Positions 36,168-46,196 of a stretch of 64,000 nucleotides of DNA are shown here, piece after piece. The position numbers and the translations under genes are program-made. Each line of letters starts with the position of its first letter. Within the stretch, counting starts at the first letter, position 1. The stretch is from assembly GCA_963842085.1 (NCBI GenBank), contig CAWJET010000002.1, positions 1,152,001 through 1,216,000 on the forward strand, read 5' to 3'. Under the pieces are notes generated by a model, which was not told the DNA's origin, made no database searches, and saw only the letters and a program-made list of their open reading frames with translations. The stretch is from an uncultured delta proteobacterium (GTDB taxonomy: Bacteria; Desulfobacterota; Binatia; Binatales; Binataceae).

Positions 36168-36254
36168 TGTCATTCGGAGCGCAGCGAAGAATCCCCGATC
36201 AGTGCTGGCTGTGGGGCACAGAAGCCGGGATCCTTCGCTGCCCTCAGAATGACA
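36168..36254. repeat. REP-like long palindrome
   Basis: tgtcattcggagcgcagcgaagaatccc ... gggatccttcgctgccctcagaatgaca, an imperfect inverted repeat. Confidence 0.8.
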
Positions 36255-36294
36255 GAATGCGAACCCTCAGCCGCGCTGCGAAGACGCAAGCGAA

Positions 36295-36513
36295 TCAGCT
36301 CTCGAGCGGCGCCGCGAGAATGCCGCGCGCATCGGCAACTGGTCCCGCGCCGCCTCCATCACTCATTGCGATGTACCAGGGCGCGACTTCGCGCAAGTGG
36401 ACGCTTGCTGCGCTCGCCGCATGACCCACTTTGGCCCGGGCGTGAGCGCCGAGCGTCGATTGAACTGCCAGCGACGCACCCATGATCAATCCCGCTATTA
36501 TAGTCAAGCGCAT
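36295..36513 (-). CDS. Small secreted hypothetical protein
   Basis: GAGGA RBS and signal peptide. Confidence 0.45.
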   Translation of the reverse strand: MRLTIIAGLIMGASLAVQSTLGAHARAKVGHAASAASVHLREVAPWYIAMSDGGGAGPVADARGILAAPLES

Positions 36514-36649
36514 ATATTTTTCCTCGACGCTCATGCGTCCGTGGCGACCCAAATTAGCCACGCCGGGCGCCCTCGCGGACGCCCCTCTGCGTGACTCCCC
36601 TCTTCACCCCGCGACTCCCCCCATTTTCCCCGCTACGTGCCGGCTGGTC

Positions 36650-36844
36650 CTACGCCTCTGCGAACGCGTCCTGCTCCAGACGCCACCGGTCGATCGATTC
36701 GATATTGAAGCGCCAGTCGCTGCCAACCTTGAACGCCGGCAGCCGTCCGCGCTTGAGCTGTCTGTATATCGTCGACGGATGGACCTTGAGGTAGTCCGAA
36801 AGTTCCTTAACCGTCAGTACGTGGCTGCTGTCATTTTTCAGCAT
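36650..36844 (-). CDS. HTH_17 DNA-binding protein
   Basis: LTVKELSDYLKVHPSTIYR...LPAFKVGSDWRF; GGGGAG RBS. Confidence 0.9.
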   Translation of the reverse strand: MLKNDSSHVLTVKELSDYLKVHPSTIYRQLKRGRLPAFKVGSDWRFNIESIDRWRLEQDAFAEA

Positions 36845-36917
36845 CTGCTAGCTCCCCTTTTCAGATCCCCTTTATTGATTCGTGTGATCACCCAAACGAC
36901 CCTTGAGGAGGCTTAAC

Positions 36918-36932
36918 GCAATCTGCGTGCCG
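36918..36932 (-). promoter_or_regulatory. Sigma54 -24/-12 promoter
   Basis: Minus strand CGGCACGCAGATTGC (GG-N10-GC, with GGCAC and TTGC). Confidence 0.7.
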
Positions 36933-37149
36933 AGGGAGCGCGAGCCGAAATGTCACACGAATAAAGCGGTCTGCGGCTACGATTGAATGCCGCAGGCGGT
37001 AGGATTTTGCCACTACGCCAGAAAAATGCCGGTCTCGCCGTCAAGGGGACCCATCAATGCTCGCCGTCGCACTCCTGGGACACTCGTTGTCCGGTTTTGA
37101 CCGCGTCGCGTCTCTGCTAACTACGGGTTAACGCCTCGCCTCTTATGAT

Positions 37150-38019
37150 CTAGACCTTGCCGATTAGCTCGCGCGCGGCCTCGCGAACACCCTGGAGCAG
37201 CGCCGCTTCGTCTGCGCCGCGTTGCAGCAGGATCAGCCGGCTCACGCCGAGGTCGGCGTAGCGCTTCGCGGTATCGCGATCGACCTTCGCTCTGGGCAGC
37301 ATCGACGAAATCCTCGGGCCCGGCGTGATACTTATCTCGACGTCCTCGAAACGACGGCCCGCCTCCTTGCATGCTGCGCGCAGGCCCTCGACACATTTCG
37401 CAGTCCCGTCCAAATCCTGCGCAAACCCGTACCATCCCTTCGCGAGTCTCGCCGCGCGGCTGAACGCCTCCTTTGTGTGCCCACCGAAGACAATCTCCGG
37501 ATGCGGCTTCTGCACTGGCCGCGGCATCGCGTTGACGCCCTTGAACGAGATCCACTTGCCGGCGAACTCCGGCTGCGGCATCGACCAGAGTGCGATCATC
37601 GCCGCGAGCCATTCCTCAGATCGCGCACCCTTGTGATCGAACGGCGCGCCGATCGCGTCGAACTCCGGCTTCAGGTATCCAACGCCGATTCCGAAAATCA
37701 GCCGTCCGTTCGACAGCACGTCGGTCGAGGCAAGCTCCTTGGCGAGCACCACGGGATTGCGCTGCGGCAATATTATGATGCCGGTGCCGAGCCGAATTTT
37801 CGTCGTATGCGCTGCGATGAACGCAAGCGCGATTGCGGGATCGAGCATCGGGTAGTCCGCCGGCACTGGCGAGGGCGGCGCCTGCGGGTCGGGCAGGATC
37901 ACGTGCTCGCCCGTCCACACGCTTTCAAACCCCGCGTCTTCGGCCGCACGCGCTACTGCGGCGGCGCACTTGGGAAACGCACACGGTCCACTGTTGATTC
38001 CGAATAATCCGAATTTCAT
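37150..38019 (-). CDS. LLM-class F420-dependent oxidoreductase
   Basis: GFESVWTGEH, IRLGTG, LSNGRL.FG.GVG, P.PVQKPHP. Confidence 0.9.
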   Translation of the reverse strand: MKFGLFGINSGPCAFPKCAAAVARAAEDAGFESVWTGEHVILPDPQAPPSPVPADYPMLDPAIALAFIAAHTTKIRLGTGIIILPQRNPVVLAKELASTDVLSNGRLIFGIGVGYLKPEFDAIGAPFDHKGARSEEWLAAMIALWSMPQPEFAGKWISFKGVNAMPRPVQKPHPEIVFGGHTKEAFSRAARLAKGWYGFAQDLDGTAKCVEGLRAACKEAGRRFEDVEISITPGPRISSMLPRAKVDRDTAKRYADLGVSRLILLQRGADEAALLQGVREAARELIGKV

Positions 38020-38132
38020 AGACGACTGATTATCACGGCATGGTGGATTGCGGCCAGTTCCGATGCGTTGACGCGGCGCGCCGCGCATCATCATAATCGC
38101 ATCGACCAGGAGGCGGTTGAGGCGGACGCGCG

Positions 38133-38684
38133 ATGAGATGTCCCCAGTGCGGTAACGACACCCAGCAAGGCGCCGCCTTTTGCTCGCGATGCGGCACGCG
38201 CATGTACGCGCCCAAGCCCGCCTCGGTGCGCGAGTATGCGCTCGCCGTGTTCCGCCCGTCGCTATGGTACTACGCCAACGGCTTCCTCGTCGGCGGAGTT
38301 TTGATCGCGTTCGGCGGGCGCTTGCTCTACGGCAAGTTCCAACAGGTCCAGGTACCGATCCAGGTCGGCTTCGCTGTAGTCGGCCTCGGCGTGCTCACGG
38401 TCATCGTCACGATGATTCGTGCCCGAACCGTCAACTGGAGCCTGACTTCGGATCGCCTGATCGAAAAGCGCGGGATAGTCGCGTCGCGCCGGCGCGAGAT
38501 GGAGCTGGCCGATATCCGCTCGGTCGAAGTCAGCAAGCGCGTCTTTCAACGGATGATCGGACTCGGCGACGTCACCATCGCGTCCGCCGCCAGCGCCGAC
38601 TATGCCATCCGTATCAACGACATCTACGACCCCGACAATGCCGCCGAGACGATTCGCAAGGCGCGCCTCAAACGGATGGCGTGA
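38133..38684 (+). CDS. Zn-ribbon / bacterial PH-domain membrane protein
   Basis: CPQC..CSRC, two TM segments, LTSDRLI..G...I..V...QR..G.GDV.I. Confidence 0.82.
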   Translation: MRCPQCGNDTQQGAAFCSRCGTRMYAPKPASVREYALAVFRPSLWYYANGFLVGGVLIAFGGRLLYGKFQQVQVPIQVGFAVVGLGVLTVIVTMIRARTVNWSLTSDRLIEKRGIVASRRREMELADIRSVEVSKRVFQRMIGLGDVTIASAASADYAIRINDIYDPDNAAETIRKARLKRMA

Positions 38685-38689
38685 TCACG

Positions 38690-39316
38690 ATGAGCAAGCG
38701 GCCCGACCTGCGCTACGAACGACGCCTGTGGAAACTCGGCATCGACGCCGTCGCCGGCGTTGACGAAGCCGGCGTTGGCCCGATGGCCGGACCGGTGATC
38801 GCCGCCGCCGTCGTCTTCGCCCCCGAAACTTTCATTAGCGGCGTGCACGATTCCAAACAATTGACCCACGAGCAGCGCGAGGAACTCTTCACCCCGATTA
38901 GTGAGCGCGCCATCGCCGTCGGCGTCGGCGTCGCCGAGGTCAACGAGATCGATCGCCTCAATATATATTGGGCCACGATGTCTGCGAGCCGCCGGGCACT
39001 GTCCGCCTTGAATCACGCGCCCGGTCACGTGCTGGTGGACGGCCGCCTGATCCCCGGCCTCAAACTTCCGCAGACAAGAATTGTCGGCGGCGATCGCAAA
39101 AGTTTCTGCATCGCCGCCGCCTCGATCATCGCCAAGGTGACGCGCGACCGCATGATGGTCTCGCTCGACGCCCAATACCCCGGTTACGGCTTCGCCCAGC
39201 ACAAGGGCTACTGCACCAACGAGCATATGCAAATGCTAATCAAGCACGGCCCCTCGCCAATCCATCGCCGCTCCTTCTGGCCGGTAGCAGCGTCCGCGCA
39301 ACGCCTGCTCTTTTAG
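38690..39316 (+). CDS. rnhB: Ribonuclease HII
   Basis: GVDEAG.GP.AGPV, DSK, VDG, IAAASIIAKVTRD, HKGY, HRRSF. Confidence 0.96.
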   Translation: MSKRPDLRYERRLWKLGIDAVAGVDEAGVGPMAGPVIAAAVVFAPETFISGVHDSKQLTHEQREELFTPISERAIAVGVGVAEVNEIDRLNIYWATMSASRRALSALNHAPGHVLVDGRLIPGLKLPQTRIVGGDRKSFCIAAASIIAKVTRDRMMVSLDAQYPGYGFAQHKGYCTNEHMQMLIKHGPSPIHRRSFWPVAASAQRLLF

Positions 39317-39428
39317 CAATGGCCGGCTCGATGTCAACTGGATTTATGTTGACCGCCGTTTACCCTGAACTCCAATCGGGTTACAGTTTGACTAGGCGCG
39401 CACCCTCCGGCGTGCATGGTAACTTCCG

Positions 39429-40442
39429 ATGGCGCTCGAACGCGACAAGCATACTGCCCAGCACGCCCTGCTGACGCTCCAGGAGAGCCAGCTTCTCGAC
39501 CTCTACCGCCGCATGACTCTCATCCGCCGCTTCGAGGAGAAGACCGCCGAGATGTACAGCCGCGGCAAAATCACCGGCTTCTGCCATCTCTACGCCGGCG
39601 AGGAGGCCGTCGCCGTCGGCGCGATTTACGCGCTCTACGACAAGGATTACGTCGTCTCGACCTATCGCGAGCATGGCCACTGCCTGGCCAAGGGCGCCGA
39701 CCCGCGCGTCGTGATGGCCGAGTTGTTCGGCAAGTCCACCGGAATTTCGCACGGCCGCGGCGGCTCGATGCATCTGTTCGACCAGGACCTGCGCTTCATG
39801 GGCGGCTACGCGATCGTCGGCGGCGGATTGCCGATCGCATGCGGCCTCGCGCTCGCCGTCAGCTACAACGAAGGCCCCGAAGTCGTCTGCTGCTTTTTCG
39901 GCGACGGCGCTCTCCCGCAGGGCGCGTTCCACGAGACCCTCAACATGGCGTCGCTGTGGAAGCTGCCGCTGGTTTTCATTTGTGAGAATAATTTTTACGG
40001 GATGGGCACCCTAGTCCAGAATGCGATCAGCCAGGAAGAACTCTACCGCTTCGCCGAGCCTTACAAGATGCCGGGCGTGCGCGTGGACGGGATGGACGTG
40101 CTCGACGTTTACGGCGCCACGATGGAAGCCGTCGCTCGCGCTCGGGCCGGTGACGGGCCGTCGTTGATCGAGGCCGTCACGTATCGCTTCCGCGGCCATT
40201 CGATGTCCGATCCGGCGGAGTACCGCTCCAAGCGCGAGGAAAGAATCTGGCAGGAGCGCGATCCGATCAAGAACTTGCGCCGCCGCCTGCTGACCGAAAA
40301 GCGCGCCACCGACGCCGAGCTCGATGAAGTCGAGCACGAGGTCGCCGCAACCATCGAGGATGCAGTCAAATTCGCCGATGAAAGCCCCGAACCCTCCATG
40401 GACGAGCTCGGCAAAGGCGTTTACGCGTCCGAGGATAAGTGA
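39429..40442 (+). CDS. pdhA: Pyruvate dehydrogenase E1 alpha
   Basis: GFCHLY.GEEA, GRGGSMH, GDGA, YRFRGHSMSDP. Confidence 0.95.
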   Translation: MALERDKHTAQHALLTLQESQLLDLYRRMTLIRRFEEKTAEMYSRGKITGFCHLYAGEEAVAVGAIYALYDKDYVVSTYREHGHCLAKGADPRVVMAELFGKSTGISHGRGGSMHLFDQDLRFMGGYAIVGGGLPIACGLALAVSYNEGPEVVCCFFGDGALPQGAFHETLNMASLWKLPLVFICENNFYGMGTLVQNAISQEELYRFAEPYKMPGVRVDGMDVLDVYGATMEAVARARAGDGPSLIEAVTYRFRGHSMSDPAEYRSKREERIWQERDPIKNLRRRLLTEKRATDAELDEVEHEVAATIEDAVKFADESPEPSMDELGKGVYASEDK

Positions 40443-41416
40443 TGGCGCAGATCAGTTACCGCGAAGCGTTGAACCAGGCCCTGCGCGAGGAACTCGATCG
40501 CGACGAGCGCGTCTTCATCATGGGCGAGGAGGTCGGCTACTTCGGCGGCGCATTCAAGGTTACCGACGGCCTGCTCGCCGTTTACGGTGAGAAGCGCGTC
40601 CGCGACACTCCCATCTCGGAACTGACGATTGTCGGCGCAGGCATCGGCGCCGCGATGGGCGGTCTCAAACCGGTAGTCGAATTGATGACTATCAACTTCG
40701 GACTACTGGCTATGGATCAAATAGTCAATAGCGCCTCGAAAATACACTTCATGTTCGGCGGCAAGGCTACCGTGCCTGTAGTCATTCGCGCGCCGCAGGG
40801 TGGAGGACATCAGTTAGGCGCGCAGCACAGCCAGAGCCTCGAAGCGTATTTCCTGCACTCCCCCGGGCTCCGCGTGGTTATTCCCGCCACGCCCGCCGAC
40901 GCCAAAGGACTGCTGAAAACCGCGATTCGCCAGGTCGATCCCGTGATGTTCCTCGAACACGAGTCACTCTACGGTGTCAAGGGCGAAGTCCCCGAAGATC
41001 CCGAGTTCACGGTGCCGTTCGGCAAGGCGAATGTAATCCGCGAAGGTAAGGACGTGACTATAGTCACTTACTCGAAATGCGTATACGACGCGATCGCCGC
41101 CGCCGAAGCGCTCGAGAACTCGGGCATCGACGCCGAGATAGTCGATCTCAGGACGTTGAACCCGCTCGACATGGCGACCGTGGTCGCGTCGGTGAAAAAG
41201 ACCGGCCGCGCCATCGTCGTTTACGAAGGCTGGCGCACGGGCGGCGCCGGCGCTGAAATCGCCGCGCAGATTCACGAGGCCGCCTTCGACTCGCTCGATG
41301 CGCCTGTCGTCCGCGTCGCCGCGCTCGACACTCCTATGCCATATAACCGGCATCTCGAGCACGCTTCGCTGCCAAGCGCCGGCGATATAGTGAAGGCGGC
41401 GGAGCAGTTGACGTAG
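40442..41416 (+). CDS. pdhB: Pyruvate dehydrogenase E1 beta
   Basis: DTPISE, GAQHSQS, DAKGLLK, DLRTLNPLD. Confidence 0.95.
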   Translation: MAQISYREALNQALREELDRDERVFIMGEEVGYFGGAFKVTDGLLAVYGEKRVRDTPISELTIVGAGIGAAMGGLKPVVELMTINFGLLAMDQIVNSASKIHFMFGGKATVPVVIRAPQGGGHQLGAQHSQSLEAYFLHSPGLRVVIPATPADAKGLLKTAIRQVDPVMFLEHESLYGVKGEVPEDPEFTVPFGKANVIREGKDVTIVTYSKCVYDAIAAAEALENSGIDAEIVDLRTLNPLDMATVVASVKKTGRAIVVYEGWRTGGAGAEIAAQIHEAAFDSLDAPVVRVAALDTPMPYNRHLEHASLPSAGDIVKAAEQLT

Positions 41417-41445
41417 GCTCACTCACTTTCTTTGGGTGGGAAATC

Positions 41446-42843
41446 ATGAGCAACGAAATCACGATGCCCAAGCTCTCGGACACGATGGAGGAAGGCAAGA
41501 TCCTCCGCTGGCTCAAGCATCCCGGCGACAAAATCGCGCGCGGCGAGGCGATCGCCGAGGTCGAGACCGACAAGGCCGACATGGTGCTCGAATCGTTCGA
41601 TGAGGGCGTGCTCGAACAGATCAAATTGAATGAAGGCGAGAGCGCGCCGGTGGGCACCGTGATCGCGCTAATGAAATCCGCAGGCGCGAAAGACGCCAAA
41701 TCCGGTGCCAAGCCTGGCTCCCAAGGCGATACGGCCGCCGTCACCGAAAGAGCCTCACAGTCAGCCAAGCCGATTGCGACAAAACCGAAGGCAGCCGAAA
41801 AGAAAGAGTCACCGAAAAGATCGATCGCCCCGGCCGCCGTCGTCACCGACGGCTCCGCCGGCGATCTGCACGTGCATCCTGCGATGTCCGCGAATCTCTC
41901 CGCCGCGCCGACCGCCATCGCCGCTCCTCCTCCCCAACCCGAGCCGCCGGCCTCCGCGGCTGACGCCGACGCGGGCGACGGCCACAAGCTGCGCGCCTCG
42001 CCGCTGGCGCGCCGCGCCGCCGAGGAGGCCGGCGTCGACATCGCCCACGTCCGCGGCACCGGTCCCGAAGGGCGCGTGACCAAGCGCGACATCGACAACT
42101 TCGTCCGCGAGCAGCAACTGTTCAAGTTCCGCCGCCTGGTGTCGCCGCGCGAGGGCGCACCCGGCTCGCGCGAAGAACTGTCCGCGATGCGCAAGACCAT
42201 CGCCAAGCGGATGGCCTTGTCCAAGCGCGAGATCCCGCACTTCTACGTCACCGTCGAAGTCGCGATGGAAGACGCGGTCCGCTTGAAGGACTCACTCGAA
42301 GCGACCGAGCTGTTCGAGGAGACCGTCACCTACAACGACATCATCGTGAAGGCCTGCGCGCTCGCACTCGGCCGCTACCCGCGCATCAACGCCAGCTACG
42401 TGGACGAAGGCATCGCAATCCATCCCAACATCAACATCGGAGTCGCCGTCGCAGTCGAGGACGGCTTGATCCTGCCGGTGATTCGCGAATGCGAGCGGTT
42501 GTCGCTGCTGGAGATTTCGCGCGCTGCCCATAGACTCGTCGCCAAGTCGAGCCGCGGCGGTTTCACCTCCGACGAACTGTCGGGCGCGACCTTCTCGATT
42601 TCCAACATGGGCATGCTCGGCATCGAGCATTTCGCCGCGGTGATCGTGCCGCCCCAGGCCGCGATTCTCGCCGTGAGCGCCATCAAGGATCGCCCGGTCG
42701 TTCGCAACGGCCAGCTCGCTGTCGGCAAAACCATGATGGTCACCGGGTCATTCGACCATCGCATCGTTGACGGTGTGGTAGCCGGCCGCTTCCTGGATGA
42801 ACTGAAGCGCTTTCTCGAAAACCCCGCCAGCCTGCTGCTGTGA
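41446..42843 (+). CDS. pdhC: Dihydrolipoamide acetyltransferase E2
   Basis: Lipoyl ETDKA, E3-binding ASPLARR..GTGPEGR, DHRIVDG. Confidence 0.94.
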   Translation: MSNEITMPKLSDTMEEGKILRWLKHPGDKIARGEAIAEVETDKADMVLESFDEGVLEQIKLNEGESAPVGTVIALMKSAGAKDAKSGAKPGSQGDTAAVTERASQSAKPIATKPKAAEKKESPKRSIAPAAVVTDGSAGDLHVHPAMSANLSAAPTAIAAPPPQPEPPASAADADAGDGHKLRASPLARRAAEEAGVDIAHVRGTGPEGRVTKRDIDNFVREQQLFKFRRLVSPREGAPGSREELSAMRKTIAKRMALSKREIPHFYVTVEVAMEDAVRLKDSLEATELFEETVTYNDIIVKACALALGRYPRINASYVDEGIAIHPNINIGVAVAVEDGLILPVIRECERLSLLEISRAAHRLVAKSSRGGFTSDELSGATFSISNMGMLGIEHFAAVIVPPQAAILAVSAIKDRPVVRNGQLAVGKTMMVTGSFDHRIVDGVVAGRFLDELKRFLENPASLLL

Positions 42844-43562
42844 ACGATAAAATCACCCTGTACGACTTCCACGGCTCGCCATGCGCGCGTCGAGTGCGAA
42901 TCGTGATGCTCGAAAAGAGCCTCGAGTGGGAAACCCGGCTCGTCGATCTCACCAGGATGGAGCAGAAGCGGCCGGAGTATCTCGCGCTCAACCCTAACGG
43001 CCTGGTGCCGACGCTGGTCCACGGCGCTCGCGTCATCTACGAGTCCAACGTCATCACCGAATATCTCGATGCCGTCTTTCCCGAGCCGCGCTTGTATCCC
43101 GCCGACCCCTGGCGATGCGCCCGCGCGAAGATGTGGCAGGCGTTCGAGCTCTCGATGGCCAAGGAGTACCGCCCGCTGATGTACCTGCGAGTGATTGGAC
43201 CGCTCGATCGCCAGCGCCCCAGGGACGAGGTGATGCGCGACGTGCGCCGCTCCACGGACGATCCCGCGCACATCGATTGGGTGAGCCGCGTGTGCGACGG
43301 TACCGCCGTCAGCGAGGATGAGGCGGCGCTGCTGGCGGGTCAGCTCTACCAGCGCATCGATCACATCGAGGGTGAGCTGACCGGCGACTTCCTCCTAGGC
43401 GAGCGCTTTTCGATCGCCGACATTTCCGTGTATCCGCGAGTCGCGATGTATCCGATGGTCGGCCTGGCGCTTGACTCCACGAAGTATCCGCGAACGACCC
43501 GCTGGATGTCCGCGATGGCGCAACGCCCGACGTTCAAGCGCAGCGAACGCGTCCGCTCCTGA
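42840..43562 (+). CDS. Glutathione S-transferase family protein
   Basis: SPCARRVR, LNPNGLVP, YESNVI.EYLD, FSIADI; GTGA overlap with pdhC. Confidence 0.9.
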   Translation: MNDKITLYDFHGSPCARRVRIVMLEKSLEWETRLVDLTRMEQKRPEYLALNPNGLVPTLVHGARVIYESNVITEYLDAVFPEPRLYPADPWRCARAKMWQAFELSMAKEYRPLMYLRVIGPLDRQRPRDEVMRDVRRSTDDPAHIDWVSRVCDGTAVSEDEAALLAGQLYQRIDHIEGELTGDFLLGERFSIADISVYPRVAMYPMVGLALDSTKYPRTTRWMSAMAQRPTFKRSERVRS

Positions 43563-43583
43563 TTGACGGTTTCGACACCCGGC

Positions 43584-43895
43584 TCAGTAGTCGGTGCTGA
43601 CTCGACTCAGGGCCTGATCAATCTGAGCTTGCGAGACGAGCTCGCCTTTCGAGACCTTCCGCATCAACTGCCGATCTTGCCTTGCCTGAACGTAGTAATT
43701 CTGCTGAGTGACCGGCTCCTGCGTCCAGAACTTCGCCTTGATTTCGTCCATCTGCGCCTGATGGTCGAGCTGGTTGATCAGTGCAGTTCTGTCAGCCTGA
43801 GGAATTGAACTGAGAGGCGCCGATTGAGCAATGGCGACGACTGGAATGGCCAGTCCACAGACGAAGGCAATGACCCCAAGAAATCTTGCGTTCAT
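43584..43895 (-). CDS. Small secreted hypothetical protein
   Basis: GGAGG RBS; signal peptide ending AIA. Confidence 0.65.
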   Translation of the reverse strand: MNARFLGVIAFVCGLAIPVVAIAQSAPLSSIPQADRTALINQLDHQAQMDEIKAKFWTQEPVTQQNYYVQARQDRQLMRKVSKGELVSQAQIDQALSRVSTDY

Positions 43896-44085
43896 TTCCG
43901 TAACCTCCGTAATAATCTCTTAACGCTCTCGTAATATTTTAGTGACGTTGTGGATTCAGCGGCTATTCAAAACGGTGATGCAACACTGAAGTTCGTGCAT
44001 TTCTCCGCACGCGACCGCGCGTCATGACCCTTACTCGATGCTTTGATTCGGAGAATAATGAGTAAAACATCGGAAGGACTTCATC

Positions 44086-45498
44086 TTGGATAACTCCCGC
44101 TATGACCTTGTCGTGATCGGTTCCGGACCCGGTGGTTACGTCGCTGCGATTCGCGCCAGCCAGCTTAAAATGCGCGTTGCTGTCGTTGAGCGGGACCGGC
44201 CCGGGGGAGTTTGCCTCAATTGGGGATGCATCCCGTCGAAAGCGCTGCTTAATTCCGCCGGTGCGATGGACACCATTCGCGGCGCGGCTAAGGAGCACGG
44301 CATCGAGGTTGGCGAGGTTCGGTTCGATTTCGCCAAGGTGATCGCGCGCTCGCGGGCTGCTGCAGAGAAGCTTTCCAAGGGCGTCCTCTTCCTGCTCAAG
44401 AAAAACAAGATCGATTACTTCGAGGCTGACGCCGTCATCACCGGGCCGCATTCCGTCTCGCTCAAGCAGGTTGAAGGCAAGGCAGCGCCGGCGGCCGCGT
44501 CGCTCGAAGGCGAGCGGATTTTGATTGCGACTGGGTCCGCCGAGAAACTGTTCCCGGGAATGAAAGTCGGCGACGGCGTCGTCACCAGCAAGGAGGCGCT
44601 GCTGCTCGACAAGATGCCCGCGAGCGTCGTCGTGATAGGCGCCGGCGCAATCGGCCTCGAGTTCGGCTACTTCTACAGCGCGTTCGGCGCCAAGGTAACG
44701 ATCGTCGAGCTCGAGAAGCAAATGGTCCCCGGCATCGACGCCGAAGTCGCCGAGGAGATCCGCCGCGCGTTCGTCAAACGCGGCATCACCGTGATGCTCG
44801 GGCGTGGCTACAAGTCGATGGCGCGCAAGGGCGACCTGTGGTCGGTCACGGTGACCGCGGACGGCGCCGAAAAATCGATCGACGGCGAGGTCGTGCTGGT
44901 GGCAGTCGGCCGCACCCCGCTCAGCCGCAACGTCGGACTCGAAAAACTCGGCATCGAGCTCGACCGCGGCGGCTTCGTCAAGGTAAACGACTCGTTCCAG
45001 ACCGGCGTCCCGAGCATCTACTCGATCGGCGACGTGATCCGCCCGCCCCTGCTCGCGCACAAGGCCAGCTCCGAGGGTATCGCGGCAGTTGAAATCATGG
45101 CGGGCGTGCGCGAGCCTGGCTTCGACCTGCTCGCGATCCCCGCTTGCATCTACTGCGAGCCCGAAGTTGCGACGGTGGGACTCAACGAGGCCGAGGCCAA
45201 GGCGCGCGGCATCGACGTGAAGGTCGGCAAGTTTCCGTTTCGCGCGCTGGGCAAGGCGGTTGCGATTGGCGAGACCGCGGGCTTCGTAAAAATCGTCGCG
45301 ACCAGGCAGTACGGCGAAGTGATCGGATGTCAGATTATCGGACACGCCGCCACCGATATCATTTCCGAAGTCGTGCTCGGCAAAACACTCGAGACCACCG
45401 TCACCGAAATCGGCAAGACCGCGCATCCGCATCCCACGATGTCCGAGGCGATCATGCAGGCGGCTTTGGCCGCCGACGGCGTAGCGATAGACTTCTGA
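44086..45498 (+). CDS. lpdA: Dihydrolipoamide dehydrogenase E3
   Basis: GSGPGG, GGVCLNWGCIPSK, GAGAIG, HPHPTMSE. Confidence 0.96.
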   Translation: MDNSRYDLVVIGSGPGGYVAAIRASQLKMRVAVVERDRPGGVCLNWGCIPSKALLNSAGAMDTIRGAAKEHGIEVGEVRFDFAKVIARSRAAAEKLSKGVLFLLKKNKIDYFEADAVITGPHSVSLKQVEGKAAPAAASLEGERILIATGSAEKLFPGMKVGDGVVTSKEALLLDKMPASVVVIGAGAIGLEFGYFYSAFGAKVTIVELEKQMVPGIDAEVAEEIRRAFVKRGITVMLGRGYKSMARKGDLWSVTVTADGAEKSIDGEVVLVAVGRTPLSRNVGLEKLGIELDRGGFVKVNDSFQTGVPSIYSIGDVIRPPLLAHKASSEGIAAVEIMAGVREPGFDLLAIPACIYCEPEVATVGLNEAEAKARGIDVKVGKFPFRALGKAVAIGETAGFVKIVATRQYGEVIGCQIIGHAATDIISEVVLGKTLETTVTEIGKTAHPHPTMSEAIMQAALAADGVAIDF

Positions 45499-45500
45499 TT

Positions 45501-46196
45501 ATGGATGCGCGCCGAGCACTCACCATCGCCGATTTGGGCGTGGTCGATTACGACGCCGCGCTCGCGATGCAGACCGCGATGCTCGCGGCGCGGCTCGATG
45601 GCAAAATCGGCGACACGCTGCTGATGATGGAGCATCCGCACGTCTTCACGCTCGGCCGCGGCGCCGACGAGCGCTTCATCGTCGGCAATCCCGCTGGTGT
45701 GCCGATTCGGCGCGTTTCGCGCGGCGGGCAGGTGACCTATCACGGTCCCGGACAGCTCGTCGGCTATCCGATTCTCAAGCTTGAAGGACGCGACCGCGAC
45801 GTGACGAAGTATCTTCGCGATCTAGAGGCCGCGATGATCGACGCGCTCGCAAAATTCTGCATCGACGCCGCGCGCCGCATCGCGATGACCGGTGTGTGGG
45901 TCGGCTCGTGCAAGATCGCGTCGATCGGTGTCGGCATCCGGCGCTGGACCACCTGGCACGGCTTCGCTCTGAACGTATCCACCGATCTCAGCTTCTTCGA
46001 TTCGATCGTGCCCTGCGGTATCGAGGGATGCCGCATGACTTCGGTCTGCGAACTGACGAATCGCGCGGTGTCAGTGCGCGAGTTCGCCGGCGTGATGCGC
46101 GAAAGTTTCGCGCGCGTGTTCCACTACGATGAAATAATTCTCACCGGCGCGGCGCAGATTATGCCGGCGCCGCAGTTGATGGTCAGCGATGGCTGA
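45501..46196 (+). CDS. lipB: Octanoyltransferase
   Basis: EHPHVFTLG, RGGQVTYHGPGQ, KIASIG, HGFALN, PCG. Confidence 0.95.
   Translation: MDARRALTIADLGVVDYDAALAMQTAMLAARLDGKIGDTLLMMEHPHVFTLGRGADERFIVGNPAGVPIRRVSRGGQVTYHGPGQLVGYPILKLEGRDRDVTKYLRDLEAAMIDALAKFCIDAARRIAMTGVWVGSCKIASIGVGIRRWTTWHGFALNVSTDLSFFDSIVPCGIEGCRMTSVCELTNRAVSVREFAGVMRESFARVFHYDEIILTGAAQIMPAPQLMVSDG

Noticed and set aside
43963-45432. Long antisense ORFs (489 aa here; also 660-1769, 10559-11644 and 62700-63914)
   Set aside because: These are shadows of high-GC3 genes on the opposite strand and have no motifs.
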